From an uncultured Armatimonadetes bacterium (GTDB lineage Bacteria > Armatimonadota > Hebobacteria > Hebobacterales > Hebobacteraceae): a DNA stretch of 64,000 bases. The notes beneath the pieces are model-generated. The model saw only the letters and a program-made list of their open reading frames with translations. It ran no database searches and was not told the origin of the DNA. The stretch spans positions 2,551,196 to 2,615,195 of the forward strand of contig OY969415.1 in assembly GCA_963699135.1 (NCBI GenBank), written 5' to 3'. The position numbers and the translations under genes were made by a program. Positions 39,476-47,521 of this stretch are shown piece after piece (position 1 is the stretch's first letter; every line of letters starts with the position of its first letter).

Positions 39476-40354
39476 ATGGTCATTGATATGCATACACACC
39501 CCTATGACGAGTCGGTCACGCAGCTGCCCCTTCGCGCTCACGCCGAGCTGCCCACCCACACCACCGGCCTCGGCGAGGACCTGTGGGAGGGGTGGTTGGA
39601 CGATATGCTCCGGCTGGGTGTACACCGGTCGGTCGTGTTCGGTCCCTTCGGGGACAACAATTGGACAGCACGCCTGATCGCGAAGCACGCGCCGCACCTC
39701 ATCGGCTTCGCACACGTATTCCCGCTGGAGGGAGAGGCGGCCTGCGACGAGCTGACCCGCGCCGTCGAGGAGCTGGGCCTGAAGGGTCTCAAGCTCTACG
39801 GCTGGCATGATGGCTGCGCCTTCGGATCGCCGGAGACGCGGGCCGTAGTGAAGCGGGCCCGCTCTCTGGGCATTCCCATCGTCTTCGATTGCCTGCACGG
39901 GCCCTACGACACACCTTTGGCCGACGACTGGCGAGTAGCGCACTACGGCAATCCCGAGGCCTACCGCGGTCTCACTCGCCAGGTGCAGAACCCCCGCCCC
40001 ATGCTTACCCCGGAGTACCTCGATGGTATGGAGGAGGTGACACTGGTGCTGGCGCACCTCGGCGGTGACCTGGCCCTCACGGAGCCAGCGCGCCTCCTCG
40101 GCTATCCCAACATCTACCTCGACACCGCGGCCTGGGTGAATGAGGGCTTCTCCGGAAGCCAGGAAGAGGAGGACTGGCTGAAGGAGATCGAGCAGACGGT
40201 GCAAGCAGTCGGCGCGCGGCGAGTGCTCTTCGGGAGTGACGACCGGCAGGAAGAGGCGCTGCAGGCCATGGATCGCCTGAAGCTCGATGATCCCGATCGC
40301 GCTGCTGTGATGGGAGGAAACGCGGCGAGACTGCTGGGACTGGAGGAAGCGTGA
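39476..40354 (+). CDS. amidohydrolase family (amidohydrolase_2 / TIM-barrel metal-dependent hydrolase)
   Basis: MVIDMHTHPYDE (HxH), ...GLKLYGWHDG..., VLAHLGG, VLFGSDD. AGGAGG RBS. 292 aa. Confidence 0.8.
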   Translation: MVIDMHTHPYDESVTQLPLRAHAELPTHTTGLGEDLWEGWLDDMLRLGVHRSVVFGPFGDNNWTARLIAKHAPHLIGFAHVFPLEGEAACDELTRAVEELGLKGLKLYGWHDGCAFGSPETRAVVKRARSLGIPIVFDCLHGPYDTPLADDWRVAHYGNPEAYRGLTRQVQNPRPMLTPEYLDGMEEVTLVLAHLGGDLALTEPARLLGYPNIYLDTAAWVNEGFSGSQEEEDWLKEIEQTVQAVGARRVLFGSDDRQEEALQAMDRLKLDDPDRAAVMGGNAARLLGLEEA

Positions 40355-41139
40355 TGTCAGACTGTGCACGCCAGGTTGTGGATCGCTTCATCTCCGTCAG
40401 GACGGGCGTGACCGTCGCCGACCTTAGGCCGGGCCAACTGGCTGTGGCGACCTGCGATCGCCGGACCTATGCGGAGCTGGGATACGGGTTCATTCGCCTG
40501 TTGTGGGCGGTGCATTTCGGGAACCGTGCTCTGGTATCCGTCCATCCGGCCGCGCTGGCCGAGGTGTCTCGCCTTGCCTTGGGCCGAGATCCCGACGCCG
40601 TGCTCGGGGGCGATCTCATGGAGCAGCTGCACAACGCAGTCGCCTCGGCACTGCCGGGCAGGCCGTTGGGCAACCCACCGAAAGGCCCGGAGGATGTAGG
40701 TATCAAGCTCTACCACCCAGGGAACGCGCCTGAGGTGGTCGGTGGCGGCGAGGTGCGCCTGCTCACCGCGGCGGACAGGGACAGGTGGCCCGGCCCTCGC
40801 CTGTATGGAGCAGCAGCGGAGCACCCCTGCGCGGCACGAAGCGAGGCTTTCGCGCTATTCCTGGGAGAGACGTCCGTGGCGGAGGTGATGACGCACGAGC
40901 CATCAGTGGCAGACATGGCCCAACTGGTCGCCGAGGACGGTATAGAGGTGGCGGCGGAGTACCGCCGCCGTGGGTATGGCCGAGCAGTGTTGGCGGCCTG
41001 GACACGGGAAATGCAGCGCCGAGGCCGGGTCTGCCTGCACGGTACATCACTTGAGAACACCGCCTCCGTCGGGCTGGCGCGGTCCATAGGCTACATTGAG
41101 TACGCCCGCAACTGGAGCGTCGGCCTCTCGACCGGGTGA
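40351..41139 (+). CDS. GNAT family N-acetyltransferase (C-terminal acetyltransferase domain)
   Basis: The start overlaps the amidohydrolase stop. C-terminal IEVAAEYRRRGYGRAVLAAWTREMQRRGRVCLHGTSLENTASVGLARSIGY. Confidence 0.65.
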   Translation: MMSDCARQVVDRFISVRTGVTVADLRPGQLAVATCDRRTYAELGYGFIRLLWAVHFGNRALVSVHPAALAEVSRLALGRDPDAVLGGDLMEQLHNAVASALPGRPLGNPPKGPEDVGIKLYHPGNAPEVVGGGEVRLLTAADRDRWPGPRLYGAAAEHPCAARSEAFALFLGETSVAEVMTHEPSVADMAQLVAEDGIEVAAEYRRRGYGRAVLAAWTREMQRRGRVCLHGTSLENTASVGLARSIGYIEYARNWSVGLSTG

Positions 41140-41160
41140 TGGCCCCGGCCCCGCAACGCC

Positions 41161-41200
41161 CCTTCGGCTGTCTTGCAGTCGCGCTGCAAACTAGCCGATG
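41161..41200 (+). repeat. about 40-bp direct repeat, copy a
   Basis: CCTTCGGCTGTCTTGCAGTCGCGCTGCAAACTAGCCGATG contains the hairpin TTGCAG-TCGCG-CTGCAA. It matches 41313..41354 with about 6 mismatches and a 2-nt gap. Confidence 0.7.
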
Positions 41201-41203
41201 TTT

Positions 41204-41298
41204 CCCCCTCCCCTCTCTCAACCCTCGCTCCTCCACTCGCCCCCTCCTTCACCGCTCCCATCGCCCATAGCGACGCCACGAGGGTAAGGGCGCCGGTA
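41204..41298 (-). repeat. displaced copy of the MFS transporter 3' end (about 95 bp, roughly 88% identical to 42618..42712)
   Basis: My hand alignment gives about 11 mismatches in 95. Minus-strand translation gives ASLWAMGAVKEGASGGARVERGEGE, against ASLWAMGAVKEGASGGARAEKGEG at the true MFS C-terminus. Confidence 0.75.
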
Positions 41299-41312
41299 CT
41301 TGACTCCCCGTA

Positions 41313-41354
41313 CCTTTTCGGCTATATTGCAATCGCACTGCATAATAGCCGATG
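41313..41354 (+). repeat. about 40-bp direct repeat, copy b
   Basis: CCTTTTCGGCTATATTGCAATCGCACTGCATAATAGCCGATG, immediately upstream of the DUF4143 ATPase gene. Confidence 0.7.
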
Positions 41355-41366
41355 CTAGGTGGCGAC

Positions 41367-42591
41367 ATGTATCGTTCGCGAACGCTCGAGCCCTTTGCGC
41401 TTGCCGCGTCGGAGCAGTTCCCCGCCCTGCTTGTAACGGGGGCCAGGCAGGTCGGGAAGACCACCTTCCTGCGCCACATCAGCGATGCTTCACGCTCCTA
41501 TGTGACGCTGGATGATCCGCTAGTCCTTGATCTGGCGCCGACGCGATCCGGCGCTCTTCCTCCAGCGGTTTCGCCCCCCACTTCTGGTCGACGAGATCCA
41601 GTACGCGCCCGGGCTGCTCCCCTACATCAAGATGGAGGTGGACCGAGATCACCGGGCGGGCGCGTTCTGGCTGACGGGTTCGCAGCAGTTCCACCTGATG
41701 CGCGGCGTCTCCGAGTCGCTGGCCGGCCGGGTCGCAGTAGTGAGCCTCCTCGGGCTGTCCCGCAGGGAGCTGCTGGGGAAGGGAGGCGGCGATCGCCCGT
41801 TCCTCCCCACCGCTTCTCTAGTCGCCGAGCGGGAGCGCAGCGGCGGCCGGCTTTCTCTGGGAGAGCTGTATCGCCTGATCTGGCGCGGCTCCTTCCCGGC
41901 CATCGCGCTCAATGCGGAGATGGACCGAGACCTGTTCTTCAGCTCCTACCTTCAGACCTATCTGCAGCGAGATGTGCGCGACCTGGCGCGAGTCGGCGAC
42001 GAGATGGCATTCCTGCGCTTCCTGCGCATCGCCGCCGCGCGCACGGGGCAGTTGCTCAACCTGGCGCAGTTCGCTCGCGATGCCGACATCGCGGTCAACA
42101 CGGCGAAGAGTTGGCTCTCGATCATGCAGGCCTCGGGGGTGATCTATCTCCTGGAACCGTATCACAGCAACCTCAACAAGCGCCTAGTCAAGCGGCCGAA
42201 ACTCTACTTCCTCGATACCGGCCTCTGCGCGTACCTAACGGAGTGGTCAAGCTCCGAGACTCTCGAAGCAGGGGCGATGTCCGGCGCGATCCTGGAGACG
42301 TGGATACTATCGGAACTGCTGAAGAGCTACTGGCACCATGGCCGCCGGGCGCCGTTCTTCTACTACCGGGACAGAGACGGGCGGGAGATCGACCTCCTGA
42401 TCGTCCAGGACGAGACGGTGTACCCGCTGGAGTTCAAGAAGACCGCCTCTCCCGGCCCCGCGGATGTCCGGCACTTCCGAACGCTGGAGAAGTTGGGAAT
42501 GCCGGTAGGCCCAGGCGGCGTGGTCTGCCTCGCCGAGCGGTCGCTTCCGCTTTCCGGATCAGCTATCTCGATCCCCGTCGGAGCGTTGTGA
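41367..42591 (+). CDS. AAA_14 ATPase with DUF4143 domain; 1 frameshift about 41537-41539
   Basis: MYRSRTLEPFALAASEQFPALLVTGARQVGKTTFLRHI (Walker A) ...TLDDPLVLDLA, then in the next frame RRDPALFLQRFRPPLLVDEIQYAP (Walker B) ... DUF4143-like KLYFLDTGLCAYL...REIDLLIV (track ORFs 41352..42602 and 41527..42591). Confidence 0.8.
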
Positions 42592-43893
42592 GGGAGGGGT
42601 AAGCTCGGCTCGCTCTACCCCCTCTCCTTTCTCAGCCCTCGCTCCTCCGCTTGCCCCCTCCTTCACCGCTCCCATCGCCCACAGCGACGCCAGTAGCGTC
42701 AGGGCGCCGGTCCAGACGAAGACCCAGCGGATGCCTACGAAGGCGGCGAGGCCGCCGCCGATGAGGGGGCCGACGGAGCCGGAAAGGGCGCGGGCGCTCG
42801 CCAACACGCCGTAGGCGCCGCCGTATTTCGAGCGCGGCATGGTGCGCGCGACCAGCGCGGCGGTGGTCGGGTTGATGCCGGAGCCGGGCGCGGTGGCGCA
42901 GATGCGCAGCGCGAAGAACTGGGCGTAGGTCCTCACGAAGTAGTGCGGGATCAGCGCCAGGCCGCACACCGCGGTGGTGCCCACCAGCACCCGCTTCTGC
43001 CCGATGCGATCCCCCAGCTTGCCGAAGAAGGGCGCGGCGAATGTCTGCAGCAGCCCGGTCACGAACATGATGTAGGCGGCGTAGGCCGCCACCTTGTTCA
43101 TGGGGATGCCGAGGTACTGCACGAAGTAGGTCATGATCGGCCACATCGAGGAGAAGCCGAAGAACACCACGAACGCCATCACCCACAACGCCTGAAGCTG
43201 CCGGTTTCCCACCAGCGGGCGCAGGTCGCGGGTGACCGCGCCCAGCAGTGTCACCTTCTCCACCTGCTCGGGCTTCTCGAACCGCTCGTCCACCATCAGC
43301 CACACCGTCAGCGCGCCGATCAGCGCGAAGAGCGCCTGCAACATGAAGGTGGGCCGCGGCCCGATCAGGCTGGCGCAGGCCTGCCCCACCACCGGGCCTA
43401 TCAGGAAGCCCACGGTCATCGACGTCTGGAGCTTCCCCATCGCCTCGCCCATGCGCTCCCGAGGCGTCTCCGCGGCGATGATGGCCTGGCCCACGATCAC
43501 CCCGGAGCCGAGGATGCCGGCCCCTATCCCCAGCAGCACCAGCGTCAGCGGGGTGTGCGCGAAAGCCCACAGCGACCGCAGCAGGGAGGTGCAGACCACG
43601 CTGATGATGACGATGGGCTTGCGCCCGTGCCGGTCGGCGTACAGCCCCCAGAGCGGCTGCGCCAGGAACATCGCCAGCGACGGCAGCGCCATCATGAGGC
43701 CGGTCCAATACTCGGCCTGGTGGAACTTGAGCCCGATATCCTGCTGCAGGAACACGGGCAGGAAGGTCATGGCGAACGTCCACTCCAGAAACACGAAGAA
43801 CATCGCCAACCACATGCTGTAGAGCATGCGCCGCCAGCGCCGCTGGTCGGCCTTCGGCGCGTTGGTGCCGTCGTGATGGAGGTGTTCGGTCAT
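42559..43893 (-). CDS. MFS transporter
   Basis: 444 aa from the ATG at 43893, with about 12 hydrophobic segments and MFS-like loops (GLYADRHGRKP, GKLGDRIGQKR). The 3' end overlaps the converging ATPase gene by 33 nt. Confidence 0.85.
   Translation of the reverse strand: MTEHLHHDGTNAPKADQRRWRRMLYSMWLAMFFVFLEWTFAMTFLPVFLQQDIGLKFHQAEYWTGLMMALPSLAMFLAQPLWGLYADRHGRKPIVIISVVCTSLLRSLWAFAHTPLTLVLLGIGAGILGSGVIVGQAIIAAETPRERMGEAMGKLQTSMTVGFLIGPVVGQACASLIGPRPTFMLQALFALIGALTVWLMVDERFEKPEQVEKVTLLGAVTRDLRPLVGNRQLQALWVMAFVVFFGFSSMWPIMTYFVQYLGIPMNKVAAYAAYIMFVTGLLQTFAAPFFGKLGDRIGQKRVLVGTTAVCGLALIPHYFVRTYAQFFALRICATAPGSGINPTTAALVARTMPRSKYGGAYGVLASARALSGSVGPLIGGGLAAFVGIRWVFVWTGALTLLASLWAMGAVKEGASGGARAEKGEGVERAELTPPSQRSDGDRDS
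42618..42712 (-). repeat. resident copy of the about 95-bp repeat (functional 3' end of the MFS gene)
   Basis: See 41204..41298. Confidence 0.75.
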
Positions 43894-44024
43894 GCCGTAG
43901 GGCTCATTGGGTGAATCTCTCACCTCCTCCTTCGCCTGGGGGCGCGCAGGCGCCTGTCGGCAGGCCTCGCACCCCCGGGTTCGGCTTGCCCACCAGGCCG
44001 GCCGGGAAATGTGAGCCTACCCCC

Positions 44025-44081
44025 TTGCGAATCCCCGGATATGTGGTACTATGCTAGTGTACTAATACACTAATACACTAG
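44025..44081 (+). promoter_or_regulatory. promoter plus palindromic/tandem operator of the GntR-ABC operon
   Basis: TTGCGA (44025-44030), a 16-nt spacer, TACTAT (44047-44052). It is immediately followed by the inverted repeat CTAGTGTA (44054-44061) / TACACTAG (44074-44081), which encloses a tandem ACTAATAC ACTAATAC. Confidence 0.55.
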
Positions 44082-44101
44082 TACAGTGGGCAGGCAGGCC
44101 T

Positions 44102-44479
44102 ATGCTGAACTCGATCGATCCGAAATCCGCGGTGCCGATTTACCTGCAGGTGATACTGCAGATCAAGCGCCAGGTCGCAACGGGCGTGTTGGCGCCGGGC
44201 GATCAGCTTCCATCGGTGCGGGAGGTCGCTTCGCAGCTTCTCATCAACCCGAACACGGCCGCCCGCGCCTACCGCGATCTGGAGCGCGACGGCCTGATAG
44301 AGACGCGGCGCGGCCACGGCGCGTTTGTCGCTGCCGGCGCGGCAGTGATGACCCAATCGGAGCGCGAGCGGCTCGTGCGCGGGCGGATGCGGGAAGTGAT
44401 CGTGGAGGCGCGCGGTCTGGGCTTCCCCGACGGCGCGATCCTCGCGCTGTGTCAGAAGACGCTGGCGGCCCGCAGCTAG
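44102..44479 (+). CDS. GntR family transcriptional regulator, YtrA-like (short C-terminal domain)
   Basis: PIYLQVILQIKRQVATGVLAPGDQLPSVREVASQLLINPNTAARAYRDLERDGLIETRRGHGAFV. 125 aa. Confidence 0.9.
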   Translation: MLNSIDPKSAVPIYLQVILQIKRQVATGVLAPGDQLPSVREVASQLLINPNTAARAYRDLERDGLIETRRGHGAFVAAGAAVMTQSERERLVRGRMREVIVEARGLGFPDGAILALCQKTLAARS

Positions 44480-44495
44480 AGAGGAAGGATCAGCC

Positions 44496-45452
44496 ATGAG
44501 CGACGACACCAGGACGTCATCCCCTGCCGGCAAGTACGCAGTTGCCACTGACGGGCTCACCAGGCGATTCGGGCGCAAGCTCGCGCTCGACGGCGTCTCC
44601 GCTCACGTTCCAGTCGGATCGATCTACGGCCTGATGGGGCCCAACGGCGCGGGGAAGACCACTTTCGTGCGCTGTCTGCTCAACCTTATGAACCCTACAT
44701 CAGGCTCGGGCACGGTGCTGGGGCATGACATCGTGCGCGATTCCGTGGCGGTGCGCCAGCGGGTCGGGCACGTGGCGGCGCTGCAGCCGCTGTGGGACTG
44801 GATGACGGTGAATGAGCTGGCGCGGTTCGTGGGTGGGTGCTATCCGAAATGGGACCCTGAGGCAGTCAGGGCGGTGCTGGCGCCGGTGGGCATCGAACTC
44901 ACTGACAAGATCCAGAACCTGTCCCGGGGTCAGCGCACCCTGGCGGCGCTGGCGGTCGCCATCGGCCACGAGCCGGATCTGCTGGTCCTGGACGAGGCGC
45001 TGACGGGTCTGGATCCGATCTCCCGGCGGGAGGTGCTGCGCAACGTGATCGACGTGATGCATGCCGAGAACCGCACGGTGCTGATCACCGGGCAAGACAT
45101 CGCCGACATGGAGCGCATCTGCGACTACGTCGGCTTCCTCATCAAGGGGAAGCTGTTCTGGGAGTCCACGCTCGAGGACCTGAAGGCGAGGGTGAAGCGC
45201 ATCCGCATCGAGCACCTGGACGGGCCTCCGCCAGAGCTGCCATCGACCGCGCTGAACGTCACGCGCGCCGCGCGGGAGACGCAGTTCACGGTCGCCGACT
45301 ACGCGCCGGCGCTGCTCGACTCGCTCTCGGCGGCCGGCCGACGAGTCGAGGTGGTGGACCTGAGCCTGGAGGACATCTTCATCGACCTGGCCCAGCCGCA
45401 GGTGGGCGGGGGCAAGCCGGCCATCAACGCGTCGGCAGAGGCGCTGGCATGA
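44496..45452 (+). CDS. ABC transporter ATP-binding protein
   Basis: Walker A GPNGAGKTT, signature LSRGQ, Walker B LLVLDEA. 318 aa. Confidence 0.9.
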   Translation: MSDDTRTSSPAGKYAVATDGLTRRFGRKLALDGVSAHVPVGSIYGLMGPNGAGKTTFVRCLLNLMNPTSGSGTVLGHDIVRDSVAVRQRVGHVAALQPLWDWMTVNELARFVGGCYPKWDPEAVRAVLAPVGIELTDKIQNLSRGQRTLAALAVAIGHEPDLLVLDEALTGLDPISRREVLRNVIDVMHAENRTVLITGQDIADMERICDYVGFLIKGKLFWESTLEDLKARVKRIRIEHLDGPPPELPSTALNVTRAARETQFTVADYAPALLDSLSAAGRRVEVVDLSLEDIFIDLAQPQVGGGKPAINASAEALA

Positions 45453-47509
45453 GATCGATACTCGCCAAGGAGTTCCGCCAGAACCACTTGCTGGTATGGG
45501 TGGGCTTCCTGCTATCGGCGGCGATTGCGGTGCTGTACCTACTGTGGACCCGCAACTACGTGAAGACCATCCACGATGAGAAGGAGCTGAACGCCTTCTG
45601 CGGCTTCCTCATGCTGCTGGCGAGCGGCGTCATGGTGTTGGTCTCCACCGCGGGGGTGTTCTCGCTGGAGACGGGTAGGGGAACGCTGTCCTTCCTGCTC
45701 GGCTTGCCGGTGAGCCGCGCCCGCATCTGGCTGGGCAAGGGGCTGGCGGGGCTGGCGATCGCCCTCTCCTCTGCGCTGCTGCTGATCGTGCCGCTCTGCC
45801 TGGTGCTGCCGGAGATACCGCGGGAGATAAACATCACGCCTTACGTGCCGGATATCGCGGTGGCCGTGCTCCTCGTGTTCGCCGTCACGCTGTTCTGCTC
45901 CACGGTGTTCCAGCGCGTGATCAGCGTGCTGATGGCGTCGGTGGTGGTCACGGCGACGTTGTTCATCGGAGGCGCGCTGTTCCTGCAATACGTGGGCGGC
46001 GCGCTGGGCTACGACGACATGCTCGACCTGGTGCTAGTCCAGCTGATTCTTGTGCCCGCGCTCTTGTTGGCATCGGCGATCACCTTCACTCGCGGCGAGT
46101 TGCTGGTGGCGCGGCGCAGATGGGGGCTGGCGCTGGGCAGCCTCGTGGTGGGGATCGCAGTCACGCTGCTCGCCTACACCGGGGCGGTGCGCTGGGCCTA
46201 CCGCTACCAGCGGTCCAAGGTGATGGCGGTCGAGACGCAGGGCCAAAGCTACGGCCGCAGGCCCAACACGCCGAGCGCCGCGCTCGAGCTGATCGTGCGG
46301 GGCTCGCCGGCGCCGTTTGAGCGGACCGATGCCGGATGGAAGCGGGGCGAGGGACACTACCGCGCTAACCACTCTGTGGTGCTGGACCTGAAGACGGGCC
46401 GGGAGCTGCTCGTCACGCAGGCCCCACATAACTACGAAACAGAGACCGTGATCTCGCCGGACGGTCGGTTCTGTGTTGCCGCTCCAGGTGGAACGTTCGG
46501 CAGCCGCCACCTCGATATCTGGGACCTGCAGCAACACCGCCAGGTCTACTCCGGCCTGCCGGCAGCAGTCGAGGAGATGCATGGCCGGTCCGTCTACGCC
46601 CTCACCTGGTCTCCCAAGGGGAACCTCCTGGCGCTCCAGACCGAGTATGTCCGTACTGGGGCCGGACGCGAGCCGCGCCAGCCGCAGGAGCCGATAGAGG
46701 GCACTGCCCTGCTCGTATTCCGCCCCGACGGCAGCGTCGCGAGGAAGATGACGCTGTGGGAGTCGGAGCAGGGGGCATTCCCCCTCCCGATGGCGGGCTG
46801 GGCGTGGGCGGCAGATGGCGGCGCAATCTACACCATGAACCAGAAGGGGCAGGTCACGCGCCGCCCCGTCGCCGAGGGTGAGCCTGAGAAGACGTGGCAG
46901 TTCTCACTGCCGAACGCGGCCCTCCCCAAGGGCCAGGTCTGGAGGTTTGGCCCGCTGGTAGTGTCACCTGATGGGCAATGGCTGGTGACACGCGCTGCCC
47001 CCATGCGAAAGCAGTGGGGCGAGACGGCCGAAGCGGCCGAATCCGCGAAGCCGGTGCAGAACGTGTCGGTGACACTGGCGGCGACCTACGATGATTCGAG
47101 ACAGGTTCTGATCGGCTCCGATTCCCAGCCGAATGAACTCGTTTGGTCGCAGGATGGGCGCTACCTCTACCTCGCCCGCTACTACAACGGCTTCCTTGCC
47201 CTCGCCCGATGGCAGCCTGGGCAGGAGAAGGCGGTTCCGGTCGCCATTCCCGCCGGCATCAAGGTGCAGCGGATCGCGCCGCTGAGGGACGGGGGCCCGC
47301 TGGTGTGGGCCGAGCACGTGGCCTACTGGGTTGGCCCCCAGGGCCGCTTTGCGCCGCTGCCGGGCAAGCTGCGCGATCTCCCGCGCGGGAACGAGTTCCT
47401 GACGATCGACACCGAGGGCCGCATAGTCGTGCGATCGTTGCGAAGCGAGGTTCCCGAGATCGAGGCCATCGACGTCACGAACGGCAGCATCACGAAGATC
47501 TACCCCTGA
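45449..47509 (+). CDS. ABC-2-type permease fused to a C-terminal TolB/PD40-like beta-propeller domain
   Basis: The N-terminal ~250 aa carry 6 hydrophobic segments (MRSILAKEFRQNHLLVWVGFLL...). The C-terminal ~430 aa carry repeated blades (ISPDGRFCVAAPGG, WSPKGNLLALQ, VSPDGQWLVTRA, WSQDGRYLYLAR). The start overlaps the ATPase stop (ATGA). Confidence 0.7.
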   Translation: MRSILAKEFRQNHLLVWVGFLLSAAIAVLYLLWTRNYVKTIHDEKELNAFCGFLMLLASGVMVLVSTAGVFSLETGRGTLSFLLGLPVSRARIWLGKGLAGLAIALSSALLLIVPLCLVLPEIPREINITPYVPDIAVAVLLVFAVTLFCSTVFQRVISVLMASVVVTATLFIGGALFLQYVGGALGYDDMLDLVLVQLILVPALLLASAITFTRGELLVARRRWGLALGSLVVGIAVTLLAYTGAVRWAYRYQRSKVMAVETQGQSYGRRPNTPSAALELIVRGSPAPFERTDAGWKRGEGHYRANHSVVLDLKTGRELLVTQAPHNYETETVISPDGRFCVAAPGGTFGSRHLDIWDLQQHRQVYSGLPAAVEEMHGRSVYALTWSPKGNLLALQTEYVRTGAGREPRQPQEPIEGTALLVFRPDGSVARKMTLWESEQGAFPLPMAGWAWAADGGAIYTMNQKGQVTRRPVAEGEPEKTWQFSLPNAALPKGQVWRFGPLVVSPDGQWLVTRAAPMRKQWGETAEAAESAKPVQNVSVTLAATYDDSRQVLIGSDSQPNELVWSQDGRYLYLARYYNGFLALARWQPGQEKAVPVAIPAGIKVQRIAPLRDGGPLVWAEHVAYWVGPQGRFAPLPGKLRDLPRGNEFLTIDTEGRIVVRSLRSEVPEIEAIDVTNGSITKIYP

Positions 47510-47521
47510 GGCGGGATAGCG

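Noticed and set aside
39333-39677. 114-aa ORF starting in the leader and reading through the terminator into the amidohydrolase gene
   Set aside because: It has no RBS, crosses a perfect 12-bp terminator hairpin, and is out of frame with the well-supported amidohydrolase gene (start 39476, AGGAGG RBS).
41091-41279. 62-aa minus ORF (MASLWAMGAVKEGASGGARVERGEGE...)
   Set aside because: It is not an independent gene. It is the displaced duplicate of the MFS transporter C-terminus (see the repeat finding).
41161-42712. Calling the DUF4143 cassette a defined mobile element
   Set aside because: It has no integrase, transposase, terminal inverted repeats or short target-site duplication. I report only the repeats and keep mobility as a hypothesis.
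44054-44081. Short tandem/inverted repeats as a possible mini CRISPR or repeat array
   Set aside because: There are only 2.5 copies of an 8-mer inside an 8-bp inverted repeat, directly after a -10 box and before a GntR gene. This is an operator, not an array. I saw no CRISPR-like repeat-spacer structure anywhere.
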